From sequence record OZ371831.1: 32,000 nucleotides of DNA. The stretch is one strand, 5' to 3'. The notes under the pieces were generated by a model. That model ran no database searches, was not told where the DNA came from, and saw nothing but the letters and a program-made list of their open reading frames with translations. Shown one piece after another: positions 1 to 10,571 of this stretch. The position numbers and the translations under genes are program-made. The first letter of the stretch is position 1; each line of letters starts with the position of its first letter.

Positions 1-1032
1 ACGTAATTGCTTACGAGCTAAAAGTCGAACATAATGAAGACGTTTCGATAATTTTTTAATTTTAGTACTAAAACCACGACCACGTTGCCCTTGACGAGTA
101 AGTTTTAATAATTTCAGAGCTCGCTCATTACGCTCTAAACCCCAAATTTTCGGGTTATGAGCCAGTTTATCAGCTCTACGGCGTAACACCGTATTATAAT
201 CTTTTACTGTTTGACGTAAACGTGTACTTAACATACGTTCCATAAAAGGCAAATCTAATTGACTTAATAGCATATGCATTGCTTCTGCACCGCAATTTTC
301 TGTCGTACGTGGTTCCATTGGGAAACCATATTTCGTCTGTTGTTGCCCGTTTTGAAGCCAAGCATCTGTATTCCAAACAGCTTCAATATCTGCGCCCTTT
401 TCTGTAAAACCTACGAGCGGGTCTGAAAAAGCTGACTGTTTACCAGCAGGTGTTTGCCCTAAATAGAAATGAATAGCTTCCCAGTTATCAATATATAATT
501 CGGTTCCCCCGTGTAAAAAGTAATTCATAACAGCCGGTGAAGATGGAGTATACGAATCAAAATGTAATAACTCATCAGTTTGGCCGGCACTAATATTTAA
601 TAAAACAGATAAAATGTTAGGTGTATTTCGGAAATACCATAAGTGTGCCACAGGTTTACGTAATTGAATAGACCCCATACGATAACGACGAACCTTCGCA
701 TCTGTTGGCTCCACACCACAAGTTGGGCAAACATACCCAATCTCATCTGTTTTGACCATAGTAATTTCACCATCCAACGTCTCAGGCAATTGCATCTTGA
801 TCGGTTTTCGGCGACGGGTTTTACCACATGAACATTCATTGTTCGTAATAGACCCAAAAATACGTTCACAAAAAAGACCATCTCGCTCAGGTTTAAAAGT
901 ACGGTAATTAATTGTATCAGCTTTTGTAATTTCCCCTACAACTTTATTGTTAGGAAGAACACGCTGTGACCACCGTTCAATTTCTTTGGGAGAGGCTAAT
1001 TGAATTTGAATATAATCAATATCACGACTCAT
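1..1032 (-). CDS. rpoC1: RNA polymerase beta' subunit, N-terminal part (runs off the left edge)
   Basis: I translated the minus-strand frame by hand from ATG at 1032; it has no stop down to position 1. Product MSRDIDYIQIQLASPKEIERWSQRVLPNNKVVGEITK..TFKPERDGLFCERIFG..CSCGK..CPTCGVEP..RRYRMGSIQLRKPVAHLWYF matches conserved beta' N-terminal and zinc-finger motifs. It lies directly downstream of rpoB, as in the rpoB-rpoC1 operon. Confidence 0.9.
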   Translation of the reverse strand, partial: MSRDIDYIQIQLASPKEIERWSQRVLPNNKVVGEITKADTINYRTFKPERDGLFCERIFGSITNNECSCGKTRRRKPIKMQLPETLDGEITMVKTDEIGYVCPTCGVEPTDAKVRRYRMGSIQLRKPVAHLWYFRNTPNILSVLLNISAGQTDELLHFDSYTPSSPAVMNYFLHGGTELYIDNWEAIHFYLGQTPAGKQSAFSDPLVGFTEKGADIEAVWNTDAWLQNGQQQTKYGFPMEPRTTENCGAEAMHMLLSQLDLPFMERMLSTRLRQTVKDYNTVLRRRADKLAHNPKIWGLERNERALKLLKLTRQGQRGRGFSTKIKKLSKRLHYVRLLARKQLR

Positions 1033-1145
1033 AGTATTGGTTCCTTATAAATAAAATGACTAAAATGCGCGAACTTTTCGAATCATTAGGACAAGTACGA
1101 TACTGTACTTTACACCCGAAATGAATTCAAAGCCCCGTTGATTAA

Positions 1146-4100
1146 TTACACTGACGGAATACGAGCAAGGCTAATGTCGAGACATAATCCACGTAATTCA
1201 CACACTAAAACTTTAAAAGACTCTGGAACACCAGGTTTTGGTAATAAATTTCCACGAATAATAGACATAAAGGCTAAATTGCGTCCACGCATATCATCTG
1301 ACTTAATTGTCAATAATTCTTGGAGCGTGTATGCTGCACCAAATCCTTCAAGTGCCCAAACTTCCATTTCACCTAAACGCTGACCACCATGCTTTGAACG
1401 GCCACCAAGTGGTTGCTGTGTTACTAATGAATAAGGTCCAGTGGAACGTGCATGAATTTTATCATCTACTAAGTGCACTAATTTTAAAATATATGGGTAA
1501 CCAACAGTTACTGGTTGATCAAATGGATATCCTGTACGCCCATCAAATAAAATACTTTTTCCTGGGGATTCGGGTCGGAAAAGCCATTTTTGTTTTGTGG
1601 CACAACGAGCTTTATATAATTGTTGATAGACAAATCCACGAGAAACTTCATCACCATGCATCTCATCAAAAGGAAGAACTTTATAATTTTGTTCTAATGT
1701 ATGCGCTGCTAAACCAAGTAAACATTCAAAAATTTGTCCGACATTCATACGAGATGGAACACCTAATGGATTAAGGACCATATCGACAGGGGTACCATTT
1801 TGTAAAAATGGCATATCTTGGCGAGGAAGAATATTCGAAATAATTCCTTTATTTCCATGGCGACCCGCAATTTTATCACCTACTTGTACTTTACGCTTTT
1901 GAACTAAAAAGACATATACAGAACCAACTGATTCTGAACATTCAACTTGTTTGTTATAAAGAGTTGTTTCGAATAATGTGCGTGTCTCGAGTACACGACC
2001 TGTAACTCCACTTGGTACCGTCAAAGGTGTATCTTTAACATCTCGTGCTGTTCCACCGAAAATGGCTCGGAGTAAACGCCCTTCAGGTGTATTTTCTGAT
2101 TCTTTTTGCGGCGAAATTTTACCCACTAAAGTATCACCAGGTTCAACCCAAGTTCCGATTTCAACAACACCAAATGCATCTAAATAGGTATTTTTCTCAA
2201 CTTTAGAAGTAATGTATTCTTGCCCTTCACGAGTACGCGAAGTCGAAATATCATAACGTTCAATGTGTACCGATGTAAAAAGATCATCAAATACTAAACG
2301 TTCACTTACAAGAACTGCATCCTCAAAGTTATAGCCTTCCCATGGCATATAGGCGACAAGAATATTTTTCCCAAGTGCAAGCTCTCCTGCAACAGTTGAA
2401 GATGTATCCGCTAAACATTCACCTGCATGAACCCAAGTATTTGGTAAAACACTTGGACGTTGATGCATACATGTATCTTGATTTGAACGTTGATATCGGG
2501 TTAACCAAATAGTTTCACGTGTAAATGGCGTTGACGTTAAGGCAGAATCACTTTCTGTTAAAATATCAATACGGTTGGCATCGGCATATAAAACATACCC
2601 ACTACGTTGGATACGAGCTACCGCACCAGAATCATGAGCAACCCGTGCTTCTAAACCAGTACCCACAAATGCTCGTTGAGGTGTTAATAATGAAACAGCT
2701 TGGCGCTGCATGTTTGAACCCATCAAAGCACGGTTTGCATCATCATGCTCTAAAAATGGAATAAGAGCAGTGGCAATGGACATAAATTGAATCGGGCATA
2801 AGCCTAAAAAATCAATTGTTTTGGGTACAATTTCTACGAATTCGCGACGTGTACGTGCTGGAACACGTGCCGCAGAAAATTGCGTATCCGCGGCAGCCAC
2901 AACAACTTGATCTTCATACGAAGCATTTAACAAAAAGAAACCATCCTGAGCTTGATTCTTTTGAGAAGCTATAGCTTTATATGGAGTTTGTAAAAACCCA
3001 TCTGAATTAATTCGAGCATACGTTGCAATCGAACCTACTAAACCTGCATTTTTACCTTCAGGTGTTTCAATTGGGCAAATACGCCCGTAGTAACTTGGGT
3101 GAATACCACGTACAATAAGGCCGGCACGGTCACGGTGTAAACCACCTGGACCTAATGAACTTAAACGTCGTTTATGCGTAATTTCTGCCAAAGGATTTGT
3201 TTGATCCATAAATTGAGATAATTGATTTGAACCAAAAAACTCTTTAAAAACAGAACCTACAATTTGCGTACGAACAAGCGAAGCTAAAGCAACACGTAAA
3301 CGTTTTTGTCGTAATAATGTTTCATCACTAATACGATTATGGACACTACGTTCAAGTCGATTTAATCCAAGTCTAAATTGAGTTTGAATTAATTCCCCAG
3401 CAAGACGAGCACGTCGGTTTTTTAAATGATCAATATCATCCAAAAATTGACTTTCACCATTTTCAACACGAAGTAAATAATCCACACCGGCTAAAACATC
3501 TTCAGGTGTTAAAGTTAAATGTGGCACATTATGCTGCATGCGTAATTTTCGGTTTACTCGCTTTCGACCAACTTCACTTAAACTATAACGACGTGCATGA
3601 AAAAAATGATTAAATAAAAATTTTTTTGCTTTTAATACACTTCCAGCACGGTGCGGGAACATTAATGCAGTCATCATAATCATGGCATCATCGCATGATT
3701 TTGGTTTTAAAAGTTTTTCTGTATAAAGAAGAGAAGCAGGATAACTCACAACTTCACAAATACGTTTGAAATCAAAACCAAGCGCACGTAAAAGTAAAGT
3801 TGCTGGTAATTTTCTAAAATTATCAATACAAGCATTAATTTCAGGAGTATTCGGAACACTTTCTAAACGTAACCATGACCCATAAGACGAGAGAAAACTC
3901 ACTAAATGTGAACGACGATTTTTTTGATCAAATTGTGCTTTAATATAGACACCAGGACAACGAACAATTTGGTGAACAATCACACGTGGTGAACCATTAA
4001 TAATAAAAGTTCCATGCTCAGTCATTAATGGAAGGTCACAAAACGTAATTGGAAGTACACAACTTACATTTAAACTTTTCGAATAAATATGCACAGGTAC

Positions 4101-4367
4101 AACAAGGGAACTGCTGTATGTCTCCATTTGTTGAATGGCTTCTTTAGGGTTTTGAAGAGGTTTTTTAAAATAAAAATCATTCGCTAAAAATGAAACAGAA
4201 ATTTGACGGTCTGTTGATTGTCGAACACTCGAGCCTAAACTGTCTCCAATAATAGGTGAAATAAATTCAAGTTCACGACGAATTCCTGTTTCTAAGAAAA
4301 GACGAAAACTTTTCCGTTGGGAATCAAGGAAATCAGGAATTGCCACTTTTTGACGAAAAAGAATCAT
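1146..4367 (-). CDS. rpoB: RNA polymerase beta subunit
   Basis: 1073-aa ORF with hallmark beta-subunit motifs (GRHGNKGIIS, NPLGVPSRMNVGQ, GGQRLGEMEVWALE). Unsplit. Confidence 0.97.
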   Translation of the reverse strand: MILFRQKVAIPDFLDSQRKSFRLFLETGIRRELEFISPIIGDSLGSSVRQSTDRQISVSFLANDFYFKKPLQNPKEAIQQMETYSSSLVVPVHIYSKSLNVSCVLPITFCDLPLMTEHGTFIINGSPRVIVHQIVRCPGVYIKAQFDQKNRRSHLVSFLSSYGSWLRLESVPNTPEINACIDNFRKLPATLLLRALGFDFKRICEVVSYPASLLYTEKLLKPKSCDDAMIMMTALMFPHRAGSVLKAKKFLFNHFFHARRYSLSEVGRKRVNRKLRMQHNVPHLTLTPEDVLAGVDYLLRVENGESQFLDDIDHLKNRRARLAGELIQTQFRLGLNRLERSVHNRISDETLLRQKRLRVALASLVRTQIVGSVFKEFFGSNQLSQFMDQTNPLAEITHKRRLSSLGPGGLHRDRAGLIVRGIHPSYYGRICPIETPEGKNAGLVGSIATYARINSDGFLQTPYKAIASQKNQAQDGFFLLNASYEDQVVVAAADTQFSAARVPARTRREFVEIVPKTIDFLGLCPIQFMSIATALIPFLEHDDANRALMGSNMQRQAVSLLTPQRAFVGTGLEARVAHDSGAVARIQRSGYVLYADANRIDILTESDSALTSTPFTRETIWLTRYQRSNQDTCMHQRPSVLPNTWVHAGECLADTSSTVAGELALGKNILVAYMPWEGYNFEDAVLVSERLVFDDLFTSVHIERYDISTSRTREGQEYITSKVEKNTYLDAFGVVEIGTWVEPGDTLVGKISPQKESENTPEGRLLRAIFGGTARDVKDTPLTVPSGVTGRVLETRTLFETTLYNKQVECSESVGSVYVFLVQKRKVQVGDKIAGRHGNKGIISNILPRQDMPFLQNGTPVDMVLNPLGVPSRMNVGQIFECLLGLAAHTLEQNYKVLPFDEMHGDEVSRGFVYQQLYKARCATKQKWLFRPESPGKSILFDGRTGYPFDQPVTVGYPYILKLVHLVDDKIHARSTGPYSLVTQQPLGGRSKHGGQRLGEMEVWALEGFGAAYTLQELLTIKSDDMRGRNLAFMSIIRGNLLPKPGVPESFKVLVCELRGLCLDISLARIPSV

Positions 4368-4633
4368 AGATAAAGGTGTAAATTAATCAATACAAAGAAA
4401 AGAGACTTTGTTTAACGAGTTCTTTTGAGATCTAGGGAGACTTGAAAAATAAATATTCAGATTTCCCAAATAAGCAAAATTCACAAAGCTTTAATATGTG
4501 TTACAAATAAAAAACGTGGATTTGGAACTCCTTAAGTAAAATACACTAAAAATACAACTCTGAAATTACTATATTGATAAACAAAGTAAAATGTTGTACT
4601 GTATAGAGTATATAACTCTCTTTATAGAGGGAT

Positions 4634-4705
4634 GGCGGTGTAGCCAAGTGGTAAGGCAGAGGACTGCAAATCCTTTATCCCCCAGTTCGAATCTGGGCAC
4701 CGCCT
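4634..4705 (+). tRNA. trnC: tRNA-Cys(GCA)
   Basis: Cloverleaf GGCGGTG..CACCGCC, anticodon loop CTGCAAA, T-arm GTTCGAATC. Very close to canonical plastid trnC. Confidence 0.9.
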
Positions 4706-4965
4706 AAGGAAATAAAAAATATCTTTCTGAGGATATTTATAAAATAATAGATTAAGTCTTTGTTACATGTTACGGACGCCTACTGTTGTCCAAAAAAATA
4801 ATTTTAAGTGCTGCTTCTTTTCAGCCCTGACACGATTCAAACTGTTCTTTCAACAAAAGTAGGACTACTCTATAGTATATTTTTTTGAGGCTATAAAAGC
4901 AAGGCCTTTATCAGTCAACAAATGAAGATCTCTATTCAATTTATTTGAAAATTTCTAGTAATTGT

Positions 4966-4990
4966 TGCATACCTCTCTTAAAGGTATGCA
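4966..4990 (-). terminator. 3' stem-loop downstream of tufA
   Basis: 9-bp inverted repeat tgcatacct / aggtatgca with a 7-nt loop, 23 nt past the tufA stop. Confidence 0.4.
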
Positions 4991-5012
4991 TAAAAGTTAC
5001 TTAACTACCAAT

Positions 5013-6242
5013 TTATTCAATAATTGCAGACACAACACCCGCACCAACTGTACGCCCACCTTCACGGATAGCGAAACGCATTCCATTTTCGATAGCAATT
5101 GGTTGAATGAGTTCAACAATCATCTTTACACGGTCACCAGGCATTACCATTGTTGCCTCATCTCCATCATCACTAACGAATGATTCAATTTTCCCAGTTA
5201 CGTCTGTTGTACGTACATAGAATTGAGGACGGTATCCTGGGAAGAATGGTGTGTGTCGACCACCTTCTTCTTTTGTAAGTACATAAACTTGTGATTCAAA
5301 CTTTTTGTGTGGTTTGATTGTCCCAGTCTTTGCAAGTACCATTCCACGCTCAATTTCATCCTTTTGGATTCCACGAAGAAGCACACCTACGTTATCCCCC
5401 GCTACACTTTCATCAAGTGTTTTTTGGAACATTTCAAGACCTGTTACAGTTACTTCACGTGTGTCACCGAGACCTACAATCTCTACAACATCACCAACTG
5501 TTACTACTCCACGCTCTACACGTCCTGTAGCTACAGTACCACGACCAGTAATTGAGAATACATCTTCAATAGCCATAAGGAATGTCTTTTCTGTATCACG
5601 CTCAGGTGTTGGGATATATGAATCAACAGAATCCATTAATGCAAAGATTTTATCTACCCATTTGTTTTCACCATCCTTAACTTCAGGTGTTTCTGTTAAT
5701 GCTTCTAATGCAAGAAGTGCAGAACCAGGTACTACAGGAATATCGTCACCAGGGAATTCGTAACTACTAAGAGTATCACGTACCTCAAGTTCTACGAGCT
5801 CAAGAAGTTCATCATCATCTACTTGATCTTCTTTATTAAGGAAAACTACGATGTTTGGTACTCCAACTTGCTTTGCAAGAAGGATGTGCTCTTTTGTTTG
5901 TGGCATTGGACCATCAGCCCCAGATACTACAAGAATTGCACCATCCATTTGTGCAGCACCCGTAATCATGTTTTTTACATAATCAGCGTGACCTGGACAA
6001 TCTACGTGCGCGTAGTGACGTGTTGCTGTCTCGTATTCTACGTGAGCTGTGTTAATTGTAATTCCACGAGCTTTTTCTTCTGGTGCAGAGTCAATATCAG
6101 CGTATCCTTTAGCAGAAGCGCCTCCACGAGCTGCCATTGCCATAGTAATTGCTGCAGTAAGAGTAGTTTTACCATGGTCAACGTGACCAATTGTTCCAAT
6201 ATTTACGTGTGGTTTTGTTCGTTCAAACTTTTCGCGTGCCAT
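5013..6242 (-). CDS. tufA: translation elongation factor Tu
   Basis: 409-aa ORF with [18 protein letters not shown] and NKEDQVDD GTPase motifs. Confidence 0.98.
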   Translation of the reverse strand: MAREKFERTKPHVNIGTIGHVDHGKTTLTAAITMAMAARGGASAKGYADIDSAPEEKARGITINTAHVEYETATRHYAHVDCPGHADYVKNMITGAAQMDGAILVVSGADGPMPQTKEHILLAKQVGVPNIVVFLNKEDQVDDDELLELVELEVRDTLSSYEFPGDDIPVVPGSALLALEALTETPEVKDGENKWVDKIFALMDSVDSYIPTPERDTEKTFLMAIEDVFSITGRGTVATGRVERGVVTVGDVVEIVGLGDTREVTVTGLEMFQKTLDESVAGDNVGVLLRGIQKDEIERGMVLAKTGTIKPHKKFESQVYVLTKEEGGRHTPFFPGYRPQFYVRTTDVTGKIESFVSDDGDEATMVMPGDRVKMIVELIQPIAIENGMRFAIREGGRTVGAGVVSAIIE

Positions 6243-6300
6243 AATAATATAGATTTAAAAAATGGTTTTGATTTTGGCTAAAATGTCACGATTCTTTTTT

Positions 6301-6771
6301 TTAGAATCGGAAGTGTGCAAAAGCTTTATTTGCTTCTGCCATACGGTGTGTGTCTTCGCGCTTACGGATTGCACCACCAGTGTTATTTGCAGCATCCATG
6401 ATTTCAGCTGCAAGTTTTGTTACCATGCTACGTCCAGAACGTGCACGAGCAGCAACAAGAAGCCAACGAAGAGCAAGAGCAGTTCCACGATCAGACTTTA
6501 CTTCAAGTGGTACTTGAAGAACAGCTCCACCAATACGACGAGATTTTACTTCGACTTTTGGTGTAATATTTAAAACAGCTTGGCGAAGCACTTCAAGTGG
6601 ATCTTGCGAAGTTGTTTCCGAGATTTGCGTCATTGCTTCGTAAAAAATACGGTAGGCAAGACTCTTTTTTCCTTTCTTTAAAAGGTGGCTTACTAAAAGA
6701 CTTACTAAGCGACTTTGGTATACTGGATCCGGAGCAACCGGACGTTTTTTCGCAACTTTTCTACGAGACAT
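6301..6771 (-). CDS. rps7: ribosomal protein S7
   Basis: The track ORF 6301..6816 begins with 15 non-conserved codons. Homology begins at internal Met [34 protein letters not shown] (ATG at 6771). Confidence 0.93.
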   Translation of the reverse strand: MSRRKVAKKRPVAPDPVYQSRLVSLLVSHLLKKGKKSLAYRIFYEAMTQISETTSQDPLEVLRQAVLNITPKVEVKSRRIGGAVLQVPLEVKSDRGTALALRWLLVAARARSGRSMVTKLAAEIMDAANNTGGAIRKREDTHRMAEANKAFAHFRF

Positions 6772-6839
6772 AAGATCAATTAAACGGTTGAATATTAAAT
6801 AAATAGAGATCTCCAAGACTAAAGACGTATTAAACGAAT

Positions 6840-7223
<384 letters not shown>

Positions 7224-7436
7224 TTATTCTTTATAAAGAAATTGTAAAAATCCTAAAATACGGGCTTGTTTTACTGCTTTGGCAAGTTGACGTTGCTGTT
7301 TTGCAGTTACTCCCGTTAAACGACGAGGTAAAATTTTACCTTGCTCCGTAATAAAACGACGTAAAAGATCAACATTTTTATAATTAATGATCTCACCAGC
7401 GCTAATTGGAGACGTGCGTTGACGTGAAAAATTCAT
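7224..7436 (-). CDS. rps18: ribosomal protein S18
   Basis: 70 aa with the S18 core [48 protein letters not shown]. Ends 9 nt upstream of the rps12 start. Confidence 0.85.
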   Translation of the reverse strand: MNFSRQRTSPISAGEIINYKNVDLLRRFITEQGKILPRRLTGVTAKQQRQLAKAVKQARILGFLQFLYKE

Positions 7437-7613
7437 AAATAAATAAACCTAAAATATAAATAAATGTACTGACCTTAAAAATAGTTTAAAGTCCGGTGGT
7501 TAAAAAAACACACACATAAATACATGGCACAAAAAACGCTTTGTTTTAAATCTAAAATGATAAAAAAACAAATTAAGTGCAGGGACATCCTTTTGATGTA
7601 TTACTCAACAAGC

Positions 7614-7639
7614 AAAACTTTAATTAAAATTAAAGTTTT
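7614..7639. repeat. perfect 12-bp AT-rich palindrome
   Basis: aaaactttaatt-aa-aattaaagtttt, between trnE (3' side) and the rps18 upstream region. Confidence 0.5.
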
Positions 7640-7738
7640 TTATTAAAATTGAAGCATAGATAGGCTAGAATTGCAAGAAAGATTCTGAAGAATTTTAAGA
7701 TCCCCTATCATTCAAATAATACATCTGGTACATTAACG

Positions 7739-7811
7739 TACCCCCAAGGGAATTCGAATCCCTGTTACTTCCGTGAAAGGGAAATGTCCTAGGCCTCTAG
7801 ACGATGGGGGC
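7739..7811 (-). tRNA. trnE: tRNA-Glu(UUC)
   Basis: Reverse complement GCCCCCATCGTCTAGAGG..CCCTTTCACGG..GGATTCGAATTCCCTTGGGGGTA. Anticodon TTC, typical plastid trnE ends. Confidence 0.9.
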
Positions 7812-7936
7812 AAAAATAAATAGTTGAATCAACTATTCTTGTTCTCTATTATAAAAGGGTGTGATTCAGAATGTCAATCGATTTTTTTAGAATTAAAAAA
7901 AAACAGCATAATTTTTTGCCTGTACCGTACAGTGCT

Positions 7937-8017
7937 TGCCTTAAAGAGGACTCGAACCTCCACGCCTTACGGCACTAGCTCCTAAGGCTAGCGTGTCTAC
8001 CATTCCACCATTAAGGC
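7937..8017 (-). tRNA. trnL: tRNA-Leu(UAG), class II with long variable arm
   Basis: Reverse complement GCCTTAATGGTGGAATGGTAGACACGCTAGCCTTAGGAGCTAG..GGAGGTTCGAGTCCTCTTTAAGGCA. Anticodon loop CTTAGGA. Confidence 0.85.
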
Positions 8018-8111
8018 ACAAAGGACAATAAAATCACTTATGTGTAGTGTAACATACGTTTTTAAACAGATGCCGAAACTTAAATCAGACTACAATGAAG
8101 TAATTTTATAT

Positions 8112-8612
8112 TTAACGTCCAGTAGTCTGTAACCAATTTTGCGCTTCACTATAATTCAGTGGCGCTAAACGAATTGCTTCTTTCCAATATTCGGCTGCTT
8201 TACCAAATAATGTTTCAGAATCTGGAATATTTCCTGATTCAAGGGCTTGTTCACCACGGTAATGGTAAATAACAGCAATATTATTTAATGCCTGTGGTAA
8301 CGCTGGGTTACGATCAAGAGCTTGATAATAATATTCTAATGCTTTGGTATGTTCTCCATTACTTGTATGAATCAACCCAATATTATAAAAAATATAACTA
8401 CGGTCATATGGATCGACTTCAAGACGCATTGCTTGATAGTAATTCTGCAATGCTTCAGCATATTCACCTTCTGCTTGTGCAGACATACCATCTCGGTAAT
8501 AAATGAATGCTTCTTTCTCATTACGCGTTGTAGGAAGCACTTTTAATAAAATGTCTGCAACAACCGTAAAAGTTTTATCAATAAAATTATCGTTTCTTTG
8601 GGAACGTGGCAT
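8112..8612 (-). CDS. ycf3: photosystem I assembly protein Ycf3 (TPR), no introns
   Basis: 166 aa: [61 protein letters not shown], the canonical Ycf3 sequence. Confidence 0.93.
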   Translation of the reverse strand: MPRSQRNDNFIDKTFTVVADILLKVLPTTRNEKEAFIYYRDGMSAQAEGEYAEALQNYYQAMRLEVDPYDRSYIFYNIGLIHTSNGEHTKALEYYYQALDRNPALPQALNNIAVIYHYRGEQALESGNIPDSETLFGKAAEYWKEAIRLAPLNYSEAQNWLQTTGR

Positions 8613-8718
8613 AAATTCTTAACGGTCAAGTATATGTATACAGTATATAGCGGAAAAGAAAGAAATCCAACTTTCTTCAACAAAGAACAAATATTTCGGG
8701 CCGATTCAAAAAATAGTT

Positions 8719-8747
8719 TTGATACTGAGCATTTATCCTGTTAAACT
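8719..8747 (+). promoter_or_regulatory. candidate sigma70-type (PEP) promoter for rps4
   Basis: TTGATA-N17-TAAACT about 70 nt upstream of the rps4 ATG. An AGGAG Shine-Dalgarno box sits at about 8805. Motif match only. Confidence 0.3.
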
Positions 8748-8817
8748 AAAACTACTATATAATAGTATTATACTACAGGAATAGAAAAATCATTAGTAAA
8801 ACTTTAGGAGAAATAAG

Positions 8818-9414
8818 ATGGCTCGATATCGTGGACCACGTGTAAAAATTGTACGACGACTTGGGGAACTTCCTGGATTAACAACAAAAGTGCCAAACCG
8901 TAATTACGGACCAGGCCAGCATGGCCAAACAGCAGCAACAAAAAAACTCACACAATTCCGTGTACGTTTACAAGAAAAGCAAAAATTACGCTATAATTAC
9001 GGAGTAACTGAAAAACAACTTTTATCGTACGTACGACGTGCACGACGTGCCAAAGGACCAACTGGAGAAGTACTTCTTCAAATGCTTGAAATGCGATTAG
9101 ATAGTGTTGTATTCCGCCTTGGATTTGCTCCAACAATCCGAGCAGCACGTCAATATGTATCTCATGGTTTGATTAAAGTTGATGGAAAACGTGTAAATAT
9201 TCCAAGTTATAATTGTGCACAAGGTGAAACAATTACAAGTACTTCAACGCCAGTTGTAGAGAACTGTAAAACATTTGGAGGGACTGTACCTTCGCACTTA
9301 AGTGTAGATACAAATAAAACAACAGGGACAATCCAACGTGCAATTACACGTTCACAGATTGCGTTAACAGTAAATGAACTCCTTATTATTGAGTTCTACT
9401 CACGTAAAGGATAA
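8818..9414 (+). CDS. rps4: ribosomal protein S4
   Basis: 198 aa: MARYRGPRVKIVRRLG..LPGLT..QFRVRLQEKQKLRYNYG..LEMRLDSVVFRLGFAPTIRAARQYVSHG. Confidence 0.95.
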   Translation: MARYRGPRVKIVRRLGELPGLTTKVPNRNYGPGQHGQTAATKKLTQFRVRLQEKQKLRYNYGVTEKQLLSYVRRARRAKGPTGEVLLQMLEMRLDSVVFRLGFAPTIRAARQYVSHGLIKVDGKRVNIPSYNCAQGETITSTSTPVVENCKTFGGTVPSHLSVDTNKTTGTIQRAITRSQIALTVNELLIIEFYSRKG

Positions 9415-9531
9415 AATTACTTCTGGTTTAATTTTCATTTATTCTGGAGTTTTCCCGCATCTCTTTTGGAGCGGGAGACTTTCTCATGGTATATTATAAG
9501 AGAACAGAGTCTATGTTGTTATGTCGATTTA

Positions 9532-9562
9532 TTGTAGGGTACGTAATCTACGTACCCTACAA
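9532..9562. terminator. bidirectional 3' stem-loop between convergent rps4 and psbN
   Basis: Perfect 14-bp inverted repeat ttgtagggtacgta-atc-tacgtaccctacaa. A second weaker hairpin lies at about 9450..9477. Confidence 0.55.
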
Positions 9563-9580
9563 GAGGCTGAAGAAAAAATT

Positions 9581-9715
9581 TTAATCTTCATGCTCTTCAA
9601 ATGGATCACGAAGATCTTTTGAAGGTGGACCAAAACCAATGTAAATTGAATAGCCTGTTACACTAATCAACAAACACCAAAGAAAAACGGCGTAAAAAAA
9701 AGCTGGAGTTTCCAT
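9581..9715 (-). CDS. psbN: photosystem II protein N
   Basis: Conserved 44-aa product [44 protein letters not shown] starts at the internal ATG (9715). The track ORF adds 19 non-conserved codons. Confidence 0.9.
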   Translation of the reverse strand: METPAFFYAVFLWCLLISVTGYSIYIGFGPPSKDLRDPFEEHED

Positions 9716-9795
9716 AATTAGGTTGAACGTTAAATTTTGATATAGTTTAAAATAGAAAGTAAAAAAACACAAATGAATGTGAGAAATTTATTCTT

Positions 9796-10032
9796 ATGAG
9801 CGCAAATGAAAGCAAACTTGCTGGAACAGGAAAAGTAACAGCATTAGGAACAGCCTTACGTCCACTTAACTCAGAATATGGGAAAGTAGCGCCAGGTTGG
9901 GGAACAACAGTAGTAATGGCAGTATTTATTGGTTTATTCGCTGTTTTCCTTGTAATTCTTCTTGAAATTTATAACCGTTCATTACTTCTTGACGAAGTAG
10001 AGATGAGCTGGCTTTCAAGTACAGGATACTAA
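9796..10032 (+). CDS. psbH: photosystem II phosphoprotein H
   Basis: 78 aa with [18 protein letters not shown] plus a transmembrane helix, ending LLEIYN. Confidence 0.92.
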   Translation: MSANESKLAGTGKVTALGTALRPLNSEYGKVAPGWGTTVVMAVFIGLFAVFLVILLEIYNRSLLLDEVEMSWLSSTGY

Positions 10033-10074
10033 ATTAGCTTCGTTGAGGGTTTTATTTAAAAAACCTTAAACAAA

Positions 10075-10104
10075 TTGTTGCCACTCTACATAGAGTGGCA
10101 ACAA
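10075..10104 (+). terminator. 3' stem-loop downstream of psbH
   Basis: ttgttgccactcta-ca-tagagtggcaacaa (14-nt arms), preceded by a second hairpin at about 10046..10067. Confidence 0.5.
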
Positions 10105-10108
10105 AAAA

Positions 10109-10180
10109 CATCCTAGGTAGGATTCGAACCCACACAAACAGGCTTAGAAAGCCCATGCCCATCCCTTAGGCGACTAGGAC
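10109..10180 (-). tRNA. trnR: tRNA-Arg(UCU)
   Basis: Reverse complement GTCCTAGTCGCCTAAGGGATGGGCATGGGCTTTCTAAGCCTG..GTGGGTTCGAATCCTACCTAGGATG folds as a cloverleaf. Anticodon loop TTTCTAA. Confidence 0.8.
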
Positions 10181-10238
10181 AATAAAAAAAAGAATGGCAC
10201 AACAATCCTAATTTTAAAGAATGCAATTATAAAATACA

Positions 10239-10311
10239 AGCCTCCTGTCGGAATTGAACCGACGACCCTCGCATTACAAATACGATGCTCTAGCCGCTGA
10301 GCTAAGGAGGC
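10239..10311 (-). tRNA. trnT: tRNA-Thr(UGU)
   Basis: Reverse complement GCCTCCTTAGCTCAGCGGCTAGAGCATCGTATTTGTAATGCGAGGGTCGTCGGTTCAATTCCGACAGGAGGCT. Anticodon TGT. Confidence 0.85.
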
Positions 10312-10499
10312 ATTTTCTTAGAGTATAAAAGATTTAGGATTTAGATGCAAGTCCCTTTCTTACAAGGTTTGGCAAAAGTAAACATAGACAAGGACCAAGC
10401 AATATGTTATATTTTGGAATAGGTAATACTAACATCCACTATAAATACTATGTATTAAAGTAACCATAACGTTTAAATGTTGGTAGTTTAACCTTCTAA

Positions 10500-10571
10500 T
10501 CCTCAGTAGCTCAGTGGTAGAGCGATCGGCTGTTAACCGATTGGTCACAGGTTCAAATCCTGTCTGGGGAG
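10500..10571 (+). tRNA. trnN: tRNA-Asn(GUU)
   Basis: TCCTCAGTAGCTCAGTGGTAGAGCGATCGGCTGTTAACCGATTGGTCACAGGTTCAAATCCTGTCTGGGGAG, near-identical to canonical plastid trnN. Confidence 0.9.

Noticed and set aside
1138-2764. Plus-strand ORFs (81, 155, 69 and 79 aa) overlapping rpoB
   Set aside because: They are antisense to a strongly conserved gene and their products have no recognisable motifs. These are typical shadow ORFs.
4962-6281. Several ORFs overlapping tufA: plus-strand ORFs (73-152 aa) and a 62-aa minus-strand alternate-frame ORF
   Set aside because: They are shadow ORFs of tufA. Their products are low-complexity (Ser/Thr/Pro-rich or Cys/Phe-rich).
6772-6816. N-terminal extensions in track ORFs for rps7 (also psbN 9716..9772 and psbF 15734..15805)
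   Set aside because: Homology to the conserved proteins begins at the internal Met in each case, and the extensions have no similarity to the families.
8288-8546. Plus-strand ORFs of 72 and 65 aa
   Set aside because: They are antisense to ycf3.
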